This document shows, one piece after another, positions 26,451 through 39,572 of a stretch of DNA of 64,000 nt. Every line of letters begins with the position of its first letter. Position 1 is the stretch's first letter. This DNA comes from Callorhinchus milii (taxonomy: Eukaryota). Below the pieces are notes generated by a model. That model saw only the letters and a program-made list of their open reading frames with translations. It ran no database searches and was not told the origin of the DNA. Made by a program: the position numbers and the translations under genes. Location: positions 27,902,001 through 27,966,000 of the forward strand of contig NW_024704743.1 in assembly GCF_018977255.1 (NCBI RefSeq). The letters are read 5' to 3'.

Positions 26451-28049
26451 TTAAAAACAAACTTGAAAAAAATCCACATTTGAAAGTTTGTCACTATGAG
26501 TAATGTTGGCTGCAGTGCTTTACTCAGCAGTGAGGTTATTAAGAGCTTGTGGTTCCAGCAGTGATCTTGACTAGACATGAACTGTCTGCCCTAATTTACC
26601 TCTGCTATATCTGTCCACATGCATTGAATCAAAATTGCAGTGAATTTGTGATTTGCAAATAGAGCTCATAAATAAATTTATAAGGGAATTGATTAGATGT
26701 TTGAAGAAGGGAAACGTGAAAGGTTTCAGCATCACACAAGCAGGAGAGTGGAATCAGATTTGTTGGAGGAAAAAACCCTAGTGCATGCTTCATATGCTAT
26801 AATATTTTAAGATTCTTAGTGTGCCAAAATTTTGAATGTTTAAAGGGCCACTATTTGCATGAAAAAGGGTTTGGCAAACAATCAACACTAGTTAAACAAG
26901 AAGAGGAGCTGGAGTTCTTCTGTCACTTTTGATGCCACACACAAGTTGTGCAGCGATATTCTGACATGACTTACATAGTTATAGATAACATATTTGTAAA
27001 TGAATGAGAAATATTTAGACCAGAGCATAGAAACAGGAGGAGGCCATTCAGCCTCTTGAATCTATTTCACCAATTTATTTGATCATGGCAGATCTTTTCA
27101 TCTCATTTGTCAGCCTTTTCTCACTATCCCTTAAAACTCGTAATACTGGGCTTTACAAGTATTTATCCATCTTCCTTTTAAACATCTCAATTGATTCTTC
27201 CTCTGAGACCTTCCGTGACAAACTGTTTATGTGACACTGTTAAGACATTCAGCCATGTGACTGGGGCGAATGATGAACTGATTTGTATTTACACAGGGCT
27301 GAAATTCCTCTGGGTCAGTTGGAACTTTGCAATAGTGGGTGTGCAACACAGTCTGAACTATTTTGAGTAGGTGATACTTTCTAAAAATACCGACCACTTC
27401 GAAAACCAGCTGTTGCTTTCTTTCCCAGGGATGATGTTACCAGCATAACTGACGACAACAGAAATCTTGCGGACTACATACCAACTCTAGTTTATTCACA
27501 GATACTGCCTTTCATTTCTACCGATCCACTTCAAAATTGTTGACATGTAACGTGCCAGTTACAGGACCATATTAATAACTGTGGTGAATAAATTGTCAGT
27601 TTAGGACTTTAGACTGACTGCTAGTCCTTTTGCAGGTAACAAGATGACTGGCAATTCATAACCAACAATTTATTATTTTGTTTCTTTGCAATGGTATAAC
27701 AAGAATTCAAAGCGACCTTGGGTGGGGAGTGGAGAGTCAAAGGTCAGGGAGTGTTAAGAGTGGCACAAATCATCCTTGTTCTTTACTTCCTTGACATTGC
27801 TGTAGCTTTGACCCCGATAATCCATTCACATTCAGACATGGAGCAAATAGGATATTCTCTTAAGAGGGTCTATGCATTTTATAGAAATTTTGTAGGATAT
27901 CAGTATAGATTGTTAAATGGAACTGAAAATGTGGTATTCACAAAGTGGATTCTCAAACAGTTACTCCTGCTAATAATGTAGGCAAACACTTTGAGAGACT
28001 ATCCTGCATGAGGGGTGCTATATAAATGCAAGGATGATAAAATGTAAAT

Positions 28050-28790
28050 TTCTGTGCTTGCTTCAAAACTGAAAAATGCTGCCAGTGCCTGAGGTGTGGA
28101 GGTGCTAATGGGAACCAGTCAGGAGAGCCTTGGTCTTGTTGACATTCTACTATAGAAAGTTTGATCTTATCCACGACTCGATGTCTAACAGACATTCTGT
28201 CAGGACAGCAGTGGCCCTGGAGTCAAGGGTGGAGGCAGAGAGATAGAGTTGGGTGTCATCCACATACATGTGGAAGTCGACCCTATGTCTGCGGATGATT
28301 TCACCAAGAGGGAGCATGTAGATATTGAAGAGAAGAACACCAAGGACAGAGCCCTGAGGAACTCAGCACAAGACAGTTCGGGGGCTGGAGGAGAAGCCAT
28401 TTGTGGAAATGAAGTGTGAAAGGTAGGATCTGAACCAGTCAAGGACAGAACCATGAAGGTGAAAGGAGAGGCAGTGGAGGAGGATAGAGTGGTCAACGGT
28501 GTCAAAGTCATCAGAGAGGACGAGGAGACAGAAAGAGCCCTGGTCAGAGAAGGACAGAATGTCATTTGTCACTTTGACCAGGGCTGTTTCTGTTTCTGTG
28601 TGGTGTGTAGCAAATTGGAGGGGTTCGTAGAGGGAGTGGCGGGAGAGGAAAGAGTGAAGCTGTGAAGCAATGACTCATTCCAGGACTTTGGAAAGGAAAG
28701 TGAGGTTGGAGATGGGGCTGTAGTTTGAGAGCAGGGATGGGTCCAGGGAAGGTTTTTTGAGAATAGATTTTATGATGGCTGTTTTACTAA
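28050..28790 (-). mobile_element. L2 LINE RT fragment
   Basis: [25 protein letters not shown]; nucleotide similarity to 32880-33240. Confidence 0.9.
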
Positions 28791-31700
28791 ATATAAAAGA
28801 CAACTTAGCTTTTGAGGATCATTACCTCAAAAGGCGGATAAGTGGTTTTAGCATTTCAGAAAACCATTCTGATCTCTTTTGCCTGGTATGTGTGCACCTG
28901 TAGTGACACTGTTTACGGGTCAGGCTAAGAAAACCCAAGCTTGTTGGATCAGTAGATATTTCATCTCATGGCAGGAACTTGTGTAATCTTTTTTAAGATT
29001 GAATTCCTCGTGGCAATAAAATAATTATGTTCTCAATCAATCTTGTGTGTGTGTAAGCACATGTGTGTGTAAATGTGTGTGTGTGCGCACATAGCAATGG
29101 TTCAAACCCTGCTGATATTATTGTCCACACTATCTATTTAAAGAATCAAATAATAATCTTTGCATGTGGTACAGTGAGTATAACACCAAAACACCAAAGT
29201 GCTTCACAGGGAATTGCTGTCATGTTTTGTGACTATCTTTGTAGGCAGAAATCAATTGTTGTCTTTTGAGAAAAATTTGTAATCTGAAACCAAGAAGTAT
29301 ATCCATTTTTCATCCACTTGTCAATTTCATCTTATTCCAATTCAAATAGTTAGTTAGTGAGGAGGGGGGAGGAACAGTATTCCTGGAGCTGGGATAACTT
29401 CATTTTTTTGCTATGTGATTGCTCCATAGAAACAGCCATTATAGAGATTATAAAGCTGACTTTGAGATTTGTTAACTAGGGCTGGCATTGCTTGGAACTG
29501 AACATCTCTCATGCTTGGGTTGCCTTACAGTTTTAGCCGGTAGTGAACCCAAGGTTTCAAAAGCATCTGACCATGTAGAGACATCCTTCTCCCTTGTGGC
29601 CCAGGACGTAGTAAGCAGTGATGATAGCAGAGAACAAATGTAGTAGCACAAGAAAACCACTGGCGAAATAATTAGTCACTCCAAGGTTGACGCTGTTTGT
29701 TCCAGTGGATGTGTGTTTTAAATTAGTCACCACGATTCAGCTGCCTTTCAAACCCGCTACAGACCTGTAAAACGAAACACTAAATAACATATTTTGGAGC
29801 TGAAGTCTTAGTGCTCATTGGCACAGAGCACAGTTCTGAACACAGACCACAGTAATACGCATCGTCATATTGTTGCTGTCTCATCACTTTGGATGTTGCT
29901 GAGCCTGCACTCATGACGGCCCAGGGGAGATCTTTGCCTCTTCTCTGTGAAATGTGACCTTGAGATGAGGCTGATACTTTTAAATGTGAACTAAAGATCA
30001 ACTCCTTTTCTCTCTCCACCCTCCCCCCACCACATATACACACCAATGACTTGAGAGTATAAGCAGCCAGTATGCTGAGGCATACTCTTTGCAAATCTGT
30101 GTGTATGTATTAAAAAATGATTGACTTGAGCAATGTTGTTACAGACTCATGAGGAATGATAGTTCCTCTTGTCACCAGCTATTTTATCTAGCTGTGAGCT
30201 CTTAAGCTGTCAGTGAAGCTTTAGCCAGGATCAGATCAATTGTAAGATGGCTCAGGTGGTAACATTCTCTCGTCTGAGTCAGAAGGTTGTGGGTTTAAAC
30301 CCATGTCGTGACTTTGAACATACAGCCTAGGCTGGTATTCCAGTACAATGCATGGGGGAGTGCAGCATTGCTGAAAAAGAGAAGGGACTTTCTCCTGGTG
30401 TCCTTGCCAACAATCCCCAGATAGAATTAGCCATTTATTTTATGGCTATTTGTGAGTCATTGCTCTGTACAATTTGGCTGGCACATTCACCTATAAACAC
30501 AGAATCACTTACAGTAAAAATTCTGTGAAGTGCTTTGAAACATCTTGACCACTTGATAAGGCACCACATGAATATTTTACCAAAATACTCATAATAAATA
30601 CCTCAAAAGATGTCACAACTCCTGAACCAGAGTAATATATACTCTGGTACGCTGCAATGTTAAATCAAAGTGAGGTGTGCAGCAAATGCTCAATTACATA
30701 TTGAGAAGGAACAGTTAATGGTAATTTGTATCACATATTGCTAATCTGCACATTACACCACTTTTCAGCGTGTGAATACAAGTTCCCTCAAGTACACTAT
30801 GTAGTACGTCACCAACATACTGGTATGTCTGCATTGTCACAGTGGTCTGAGGATCATTCTCACTGTATGTTGTCTAGCCGCGACCAGTTTTAAGGCATCC
30901 ATGAGTAGGGGGCATACATATGTGGGGCTTTCAGTCTGGTTTGCATACTCTTAAGCACGGTGATGGGTACTTGCATGCGTCACACACCTGGCTGACCAAA
31001 CAAAAGTGTCCAGTGGAACAGTTGTAAGCACAGTATCCGAGAATGTTTCAGGACAAAAGAAAGCCATTCAGCCTATTGTGCTAAGAGCTATCTGTTGTCT
31101 AACCTAACCCCAGTTACATTTCCCTATACTTTTAAAATATTTTTAATTTTCTACTATTTGACTACTGATCTTCACGTTCAGTTGCTCTCCCCTGTCCGCC
31201 AAATATAATTGCCTGTTGCCAGTGGATAAGAGAGCTATTTTTGTCATAATATGAGAGTGATTCTCATGCCTCTCTGTGCACTTTGTTTCTATTACTGGTG
31301 AAACAGCCTTTATAGGTGTTGCTGTGCCAGTAACTGGTAACTGTTTGGCTTGGGCAGGCTCCTGCGCCTCATGCCATCTCTGTATGCTCTTGGAATTAAT
31401 TTCTAGGTAAGAACTCAAACATTCTGTGCACCATAGTTCTACGAAGCAGAACTGCACCATTTATTTTAATGTAGAATATATAGGAGCGTTTCCTTAATCT
31501 GCTTTCGCAGAAATTAATTGAGACGAGAATAAATATGAAACATTCCTAAATCTGGGACCAATTCTAAATTTAAGATGGTAAAATATGACCTCAGCATCAC
31601 TTTCCTGAGCTCAGTTGTTTGCTAAGTACAGTGGAGCATGGCGGTTTCACAGCGGACACGTTTATTTGCCAAGGCCCCACACATGAGGACCTGGATTATG

Positions 31701-32050
31701 CAACTGGTGCAGAGTAAGCCTGGCACGTGGCATTCGACTTGGACCTCAAGAAAATCAAGGTGGCTGGCACATCACAAACTGTCCTGTAGAGGTCCTCTCA
31801 CCATACTGAAGGCAGATAGCTGATGAGGAATCTCTGAGGCTTGGCGTGACAGCTGCTGGAAGGTGTTACCTGGTGTTTAAGACCATGAACACAAGTTTGT
31901 ACATCCAATGCCTGGAATCCACTTTGATTGGTCTGAAGAGAAGTAAGCAGCTGCTGTTTAAACTCTGCACTTCCATTCAGTGGAACCATCGCCCAATGGG
32001 AAGGGACGTGTGCCCGAGCTACGGACAGGATGGTGATAGGCAATGCTCTC

Positions 32051-33265
32051 AACAACAACAACAAGATTTCATCTATAGAGCTCCTTTCACGTTGGGAGGA
32101 CGTCCCAAGGCGCTGGACAGTTGGGTCAGGACCCGAGCAGGGGGGAAATGGTTAGGGTGAGGGGAGGGAAGGGAGGGAGCGAGGAGTGGGTAGAGAGTCG
32201 AGAGGGGAGCTGAAGGCACGGTCAAAGAGAAAGATCTTGAGACCGGCCTTGAAGGAGGAAAGGGAGGAGGCGGCGAAGGCACTGGGAATGGAGTTCCAGA
32301 GCCTAGGGGCTGAGAGGCTGAAGGCCCGGCCACCAATGGTAGGGCGGTTGGGGCAGGGGATGTGGAGCAGACTGGAGCCAGAGGAATGGAGGGTACGGGC
32401 AGGTAGGTAGGGGGATAGTAGGTCGGAGAGGTGGGAGGGAGCAAGGCCGTGAATGGCCTTGTAGATGAGGATGAGGATCTTGAATTCGATCCTCTGGGGG
32501 ATGGGGAGCCAGTGGAGGCGAGCGAGGGTGGGAGTGATGTGGTTGCGAAGCCTGGTGCGGGACAGTACACGAGCTGCAGAGTTCTGAATGACCTGCAGCT
32601 TGTGGAGGGAGGTGCCGGGAAGGCCGGCGAGGAGAGAGTTCCCATAGTCCAGCCTTGAGGTGATAAAGGCGTGGACCAGAGTTTCAGCAGCGTGAGGGGT
32701 GAGGTAGTGCCGTAGTCTGGCGATATTCCGGAGGTGATGGAAGGCGGTGCCAGTTGTGGCGCGGATATGAGGGAGAAAGGACAGCTCAGGGTCGAACAGA
32801 ACACCGAGGTTCCTGACTGGCTTTGAGAAGTGGAGAGTGCAGCCTTGGATGCTGATGCTGTCAGCGCCTGAGGTGCGGAGGCGCTGACGCGAGCCAATCA
32901 GGAGTGCCTCAGTTTTGCGCACGTTGAGCTGAAGAAAGTTGTCTCTTGTCCAGGACTCGATGTCGGACAGGCAGTCTGTCAGGACATCGGTGGTCGTGGT
33001 GTTGAGGGTAGAGGAGGAAAGGTAGAGTTGGGTGTCATCCACATACATGTGGAAGTTAACCCCATGTCTGCAGATGATGTCACCAAGGGGGAGCATATAG
33101 AGGGTGAAGAGGAGGGGACCGAGGACAGAGACCTGAGGGACACCACACGAGACAGTGCTTGGGCTGGAGGAAAAGCCGTTTGTGGAAACAAAATGAAGAC
33201 GGTGGGAGAGGTACGACCTAAACCACTCAAGGACAGGGCCTTGAAGGTTGAGGTGGGAGGACAAG
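32051..33265 (-). mobile_element. L2-clade LINE, 5'-truncated 3' fragment with uninterrupted RT C-terminal ORF
   Basis: ORF 32152-33264 (370 aa) has [32 protein letters not shown] and LHWLP motifs; (TTG)n tail at 32051. Confidence 0.95.
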
Positions 33266-34049
33266 CGATTTCATGCTGAGGTGGAAAGCTCGCAGGGAGT
33301 TCCTGGTATCAACTATCCACTAGTGAGGGCTCAAACTTACACTTGGCAGATATCTTGGTTCTTGCCAACTTGTGCCTAATACTTTCCGGAATTAGGTAAG
33401 CAGGATGGATCCCTCCAGGGAAAGAGTATGAATTCCATTCCAACAATCTATCTCTGGGATTTCCATGTGTAGGTGGGATGCATGGAAACCTCAACTTGGT
33501 TTGGATACTCTTAAGCATTGCGATGGGTTTCGGCATTTGACAGACACTTGTCTGACTCCCAAAACATAGAGTTTGGTTAAGGTATGAAAGTGCTACAGTT
33601 TGGATTGTTCAATGCTGAACGCGATGCCAAAAATGGAAAAAGATTCCATTTCTATTACAGGCTTCAGTCATTCTTGATGAACATAAAATTCTCAACGAAA
33701 CAAAAACAGTAAATAACAATGAAGGGAATTTTTAACGCATTCTTGCAGTACGTAACTCTTTCCTACTCTTTAATCAACTGGTTGACTTCTCACAATCGGG
33801 TTTCAATAAAACAGATATTTTGTGTTGATTTTTTTTTGCTAAAACGGAACCAGATATCTTTCTTCTAAAGTGACCCTGATGTGAACTATTTGGAAACTTC
33901 ACTTAACACCTCTGCCTTAAGACACACTGGACTCATTGTCTCTTTGCCTGCTGGTACCTGGACTGTATTTTGAACATAAATTTCAGTCAGCAACAGGAAG
34001 CAAATCCAAATTTAATAATTTAATAATAATGATTTAATAAGTGAACAGA

Positions 34050-34355
34050 ACATTTTCCGGCTGTTTTAGATAATGCTATTTCCAGCCAGAATGTCGTATT
34101 GCTTTCCTGAAGATCGGGGAGAATGGAGGAGCAGTGGGGGTGGAGTGTAGGAAGGTTCAGCTCTGCCAATCTGACACTTGAATGCTGGCAACTCCAACGA
34201 TGGCTTCTGCTGGCTTCGGGCCCAATCATTGTGTACATGTCAGGAGGGTCACTCAATGAAAGGAGTGGCTGGACTGACCCGCATGTTTGAACAATGCACT
34301 CATTTTCACCAGTGACTGTTGTTTCATCACACTTCCCAATTTTCGTCCTCACACC
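34050..34355 (-). pseudogene. Dynein-like pseudo-exon: linker/AAA1 start
   Basis: Acceptor ttatcccacag| at 34355. ENECIVQTCGS resembles CxVxxxxA-F-YGYEY, and PIFRKAIRHSGW resembles xFKGLAQxGAW. No GxxGxGKT is visible. Confidence 0.45.
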
Positions 34356-34839
34356 CTGTGGGATAAGAAAGTATAACAGACTGGTTAAAATGTATTATTC
34401 TTATTTTGAGCTGTTTTTTGGGGGACAGATTTCAGTGAATTAATGGTAGTTACTGTTCAGTAATGCATCCATTCCTGATAAAAGATCTTTCTTGCTGTAA
34501 TTTCTAGGATTATTTTAGCCTGAGTGTATTGCACTTGCCAACACTCCAAAAACTAAAATAATCTCAATACAATTAAAAAAAATACATTTGTATACTGCCT
34601 CTCGTGTTGGGAGGATGTTTCAATGAGCTTAATCTCAATAAAACTGAACCTAATTATATTCTCGTACACTATGAACAACTTCCAGGAAAGAGCAACAACT
34701 AGAGATGTCAGAAAAGTATCTGAATTTTGTGACTTAAATAGAGCAAAAGACATTGATTATTCATCTGAAAGTCACATATGATGCATTGTAACATCTTCAA
34801 CATCACCATGTTTTCTATTTCTAAATTCCAGAAAATCAA

Positions 34840-35199
34840 CTTAGCGCAGTCAATGGAATGTCTTCAAAATTTGTAGGCAATGGACAAAATAAGCACAAAA
34901 CTTTCAAACTAGTAGGAGTTAATGCTGTGGCCAAGTTGACCACAGAATCTGCCAAGCAAGTGAAATGCCTGTGGATTTCGAACCCACTGATAGTGCAGAA
35001 TGATGAAGTGTGGTTAGTGGTGCACATCTGCAGTAGGTTCATTAGCCATGCCAAGTGTTGGTGGAGAACTGCAGCAGGTAGTTATCTGTGCAAGGCAGAA
35101 GACTTCGTCATCCATGAAAGTTCCTTCCCATCAAAGCGGATTTTATTTCTGTACTCTTTAAGAGCTCTGCATAGTCAAGATAATATGAGACAGTATTTT
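34840..35199 (-). pseudogene. Dynein-like pseudo-exon: linker end
   Basis: Acceptor ttacag| at 35199. LSWMTKSSALHR*LPAAVLHQHLAWLMNL resembles W...xPAQVxLLASQIxWTxxV, within a long frame carrying one stop. Confidence 0.55.
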
Positions 35200-36849
35200 C
35201 TGTAATGATTGTGTATTTCTCAGGGAATTCAGCAGACGGAGTCTTGGTTTAACATCTCATCCGGAGGACGGTTATCTGAAATGTGTGTCTTCCAGATATT
35301 ATACTTCATTTCACATTTGTTTTAATTTTATACAACATTGGAATTTTGAAACGAATAACTCCATTTGTGGTCAGGAAAGAAAATGAATTAATATGGTCAT
35401 CCAATGACTGACATGAATCATCATTGTACCTGAATTTTGTATGCATCTTTCCCGCTAGAAATAAGTGAGGAAATCTTGCCTGAAGTAAGATTTTCCACCA
35501 CTACTAAAATAAATGTCCATTGCTCCAAAGTATCAACATGCGTGATACTTTGAAAAGCTTTGTTGAATTAAAAATTAGGAGAAAAATCTACACCAAACAC
35601 TTATCAGCATTTCATGACAGCATTAATTTCACAAGTTAATGGAAGGAACTTTTTATTGGTGAACTCAATAAAGCTTGGCGGAGAATTTTCACCTGGTGCC
35701 AGATTTACTCCATTTATGTAGCATTTTAGAACTTGGCAAATTGCTGAACTCAGTCTTAACTTTGAAGTGGACTTTCTGTTGTCCTCAAATGATCTTAAAG
35801 AAAAATGGCCTCAAAATTAAAGCTGTATAATCTTGAATTTGCAGAATTCTGGAAGCTTTAAAATGCAAAGAGAAGTAAATAATAATAATCCTTGCATTTG
35901 ATATAGTATTAAGGGTAAATCTAGGCCCAGGTGGAATTTTTACCCTCTTATTTCTAGCGAGAAAGATGCTTACAGAATGCAGGTACAAGGATGATTCGTA
36001 CCAGTCATTGGATGACCATATTAATTCATTTTCTTTCCTTTGTTTTGATCACTGAATGAACCTTCATGAAGGGTCCCTTTAGGCACACAATTTTGGTCCC
36101 AAACACTCCCAGAGCCAATATTTGAAAATAAAACACCCCAAGCACTTCAGATATTTGTTGAAAAATGTTTCAAACATTGTTTTACTTTCCCTTTTACTTT
36201 TTAAATAAAAAGAACTATCTCATTGACAATGTTCACAAGCATACAGACTGTGTGGTTTTATTGTTGTGTTGCTTCACAGTGTTTTCACCAGCTAGTCAAT
36301 ATGAGAAATTTGCCAATAGTACAATAGTTTTCAGGGACTATCCATGCTGGAGCTTGTGTTCAGCCTCAGGCTCTATTTAATGGTTCGCTGGTTGCTTAAG
36401 TGAGTGAGAACCAGCAAAGCAGTGATGCTGCTCTTTATGGTTCTTGGCTCGCTCCAACCTGTGATTGTCATAAACCTTTAAAGCCAAACACCTAAAACCA
36501 TAAATAATTGGACAACAAAGAAAAAAGTCTCACAATAAAATACAATAAAGAAAAGCTCATGGTGTTTTGTTTACAAATAATGGCTCCGTTCTTTCAAGAG
36601 TCTTGGACCAAAAATTGTGTGCCTGAAGGGACCCTTCATTTACTTGTCAATGATCAAAACAAAGGGAAGAAAATAAATTCATCTGGTCATCCGGTGGCTT
36701 AGATGCTGAAGGCATCACCTGTGTGTGACTGATCCAAGCTCGCCCCAAATAAACAGATTCGATCCTGAATCTGTACTGAGTTAACTGATCTGTATCCTAT
36801 ACTCTTTAATTGACTGAGTATCCACAGACTTTTAAGGCAGTCTGTTCTA

Positions 36850-37225
36850 CATTCTCACAACTGTTGAGTCTCTCTGAACCAGTCAGAATAGTCTTTTTTG
36901 GCAATCTAGCACAGACTAGGCCAGCTCAGTTCCCATACAGTGGGATGTTCCAAAAAGCAGAAGCTCCAGTGATGCCCCCTGGTGGGCATTCTGAAGTTTT
37001 AATACAGACTTTGGGACTTTCAATTGAGTTCTGAATAATCCCTACATTTTGCTGGTTAACAGGACACAACTCTGTTATCTAAATAAATGCTGTGCTAACA
37101 GCAACTTTGGCTCCAACAACAGAGCTACAGAACTCAATCGGGAGTAAGCCAAAGACAAAAATAATAGAGGAAAGCTTGGAAATTTCAGAAGGTCCAAATC
37201 AAGTGGAATCAGTTACTGCCATGTG
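36850..37225 (-). pseudogene. Dynein-like pseudo-exon: linker
   Basis: Three motifs in order across frameshifts: SLAYSRLSSVA (RxAFPRFYFLS), GITGASAF (ITGMxSxEG) and KDYSDWFRETQQL (VExWLxELExxM). Confidence 0.55.
36969..36988 (-). promoter_or_regulatory. Candidate CTCF site
   Basis: Minus strand TGCCCACCAGGGGGCATCAC matches the CTCF core CCACCAGGGGGCGC closely. Confidence 0.4.
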
Positions 37226-37400
37226 CTACACCAGGAAATTGAAGAGAGACAGACAAGCTCAAGGATTGCCCTGGTGGTCTTGCCATTCAGTTGGTTTGTT
37301 TATTCTTTATTTCTGTGCTACTGGCAGCATATGGTGAGTCAGCTTGTGGACAATTTATTGGATTTTTTAAAAAAAACTAAGTACAGTTATTACAACTTAC

Positions 37401-37871
37401 CACGATAGGGTATATTGTTAACAGGGTTTTGACTTATTTAGGATTTGTGATCCCACAGTTTTAAGGCAGAACATGTGATGTGATGGTCCCCACAGTAAAG
37501 CAGAATTCCTTGTAATTATTTTAGTTGGAGGGTTCGAAAATTGTGTTAAGAAAATACTGGACCTGAAACTAATAATTATTTCATACTATTAGTAAAACAG
37601 TTATTCCTGTTAATAATATTTGTGCTAATAATAAAATAAAGCAATGCAATAAAAAATGAGTATGTACAGCCATCGATGTGTGATTGTGCCAATATCTGTT
37701 GCTTGTATTTCCTGCAGGTTTTATGCAGGACTACCTTAGGGGCACCAACCTACTTCCAATCCCAAATCTGTCAAGATCTATCCTATTTTTATTGAGTGGC
37801 TGTTTTTGAATGGAACTGTGCACCACAGATTCCCACGATTTTTACATTGCTTTATTTAGAGGCTCAAACAT
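37401..37871 (-). pseudogene. Dynein-like pseudo-exon(s): DHC_N2
   Basis: NLQEIQATDIGTITHRWL...VQYFLNTIFE resembles LQEILDEWLKVQRKWxYLEPIF. Acceptors tttcag| at 37871 and 37562; donor |gtaagt at 37401. Confidence 0.55.
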
Positions 37872-38852
37872 CTGAAAGGCAGTCCTATTCTTATTGACAA
37901 AATCTAAAATTAGCATTCCTGAATGAACTACCTTCATTTTCTAACTTTAACTCCAATTAAATGTTAGTCAAACCAAAGGCTGCCACATTCTCTAAATTAT
38001 ATACAGCACTCCTTGTATTTGATATAGAGCCTTTCGTTTTAGGAAGGTGTCTCAAAGCACGTCATAGGATTTACTGTGAAGTGTAGTTAATGTGTATTTT
38101 TTGGTGAACGCGACAGCCAATTTGCACACAGCAATGTCCCACAAACAGCCATGAAGTATTCCTAGACCCTACCCAGATGAAGGTGTTATACAAATGCAAG
38201 TTGTTGTTATTGAAGTGAATGACTAATTTTATCTGGCAGATTGTTGACTAGGATATTGATTTAATGTCTCATCCAAAGGATGGTGCCCCAGGGCTGCATT
38301 GGAGCACCAGCCTTGACTATGTTAATTCAAAGTTCTGATGTGGGGTTTGAGCTTTGTTTTATTTATATATATATATATGTATAATATATGAGATTATTTT
38401 GGGGAAGGAACAGTGTTTATCTGTGGTTGCAAGTTTTGAAATTGAAGTTAGTGATTCAATACTCCCTTTCACACTAGGATTTACATGCATATATAATCCA
38501 TTTAAGAGGAAGCAAGGTATATATGAGGGAGAAAGGGACTAGAAGGGGATGGGAGGGAGTAAAGAGCAGTGGAGATTCATGTGGAATATGAACAACAACA
38601 CGGACTGGTTACATAAGAACATAAGAAATAGGAGCAGGAGTAGGCCATCCAAATGGACTGTTTATTTGCTGTGGAGTCTATGCCGATGTAAATATATTGA
38701 AGAATCCATTTTTAAAAATAACTTTTCATCCTCCTGATTGGAAAGTAGACCATATCACTATTCATAAGTAACTCCAGTATCCACGTCCTCTTTTAAAATG
38801 TACACCTGGTATCTGCTGGGTTCGAGGATTGTGCAGAGGTGGCACAGGTTAT

Positions 38853-39160
38853 AACAACAACAACAAATTCCATTTGAATAGCGCTCTTCACATCGGGAGG
38901 ACGTCCAAGGCAATGGACAGTCAAGGATTTGGATCTGAGCTGGGGTTGGATCAGGAGGGATGGAGGGCAGGATGGGTAACGGTAGGAGGGGAGGGTGACC
39001 AGAGACACGGTCGATGAAGAGGATTTTGAGACAGGTCTTGAAGGAGGCAAGGGATGGGGCAGGCGAATGGACTGTGGGATGGAGTTTCAGAGGGTGGGAG
39101 CAGAAAGAGTGAAAGTCTGACCGATGGTGGGCTGAGCCGGGCGAGGGACATGGAGCAGGT
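38853..39160 (-). mobile_element. L2 LINE 3' fragment
   Basis: Tail and 3' region similar to 32051-32370. Confidence 0.85.
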
Positions 39161-39197
39161 TATGCTGCAACACCCTTATAATTCAGATGTGTGTTAC

Positions 39198-39572
39198 CGG
39201 CAAATGGTGATATGATTTTGAAACAACAGTGCTACAATGGTGTCAGCTGGAAATTCAAACTCTTTTCACTTCCACTTCTCTCTTTCTCTCTCTCAAACAC
39301 TCGAGAGATCAGGGGATTTATTTTTCCATTACTAAGTGAGAGCCCGTCAAAATTCCATGACACTTGGCAAGCCTGGACTGTCTTGAACCGCTGTGGAATA
39401 AATATTTACTTCTGCTGCTTCAGAATGGCTGCATTGGCTATCATATGCCATGTGGGGACTTACTGCCCCGATAGACCCTGTCTGCAATAATCTTCAACAA
39501 CTGCATCTGACTCACAGACTCCAGACTGAATTTAAAATCGTTTCTCCAGAGGTGAAATGTACGCTATATTTC
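39198..39572 (-). pseudogene. Dynein-like pseudo-exon: DHC_N2
   Basis: QLLKIIADRVYRG/PTWHMI (1 frameshift) resembles LPLIxDLRNPAMRxRHWxxI. SLNFQLTPL resembles xxEFELxPY. Donor G|gtaac. Confidence 0.6.

Noticed and set aside
32073..32897. 274-aa Ser/Pro-rich ORF and similar ORFs at 22.2-23.5 kb
   Set aside because: Alternative frames or antisense of L2 ORF2.
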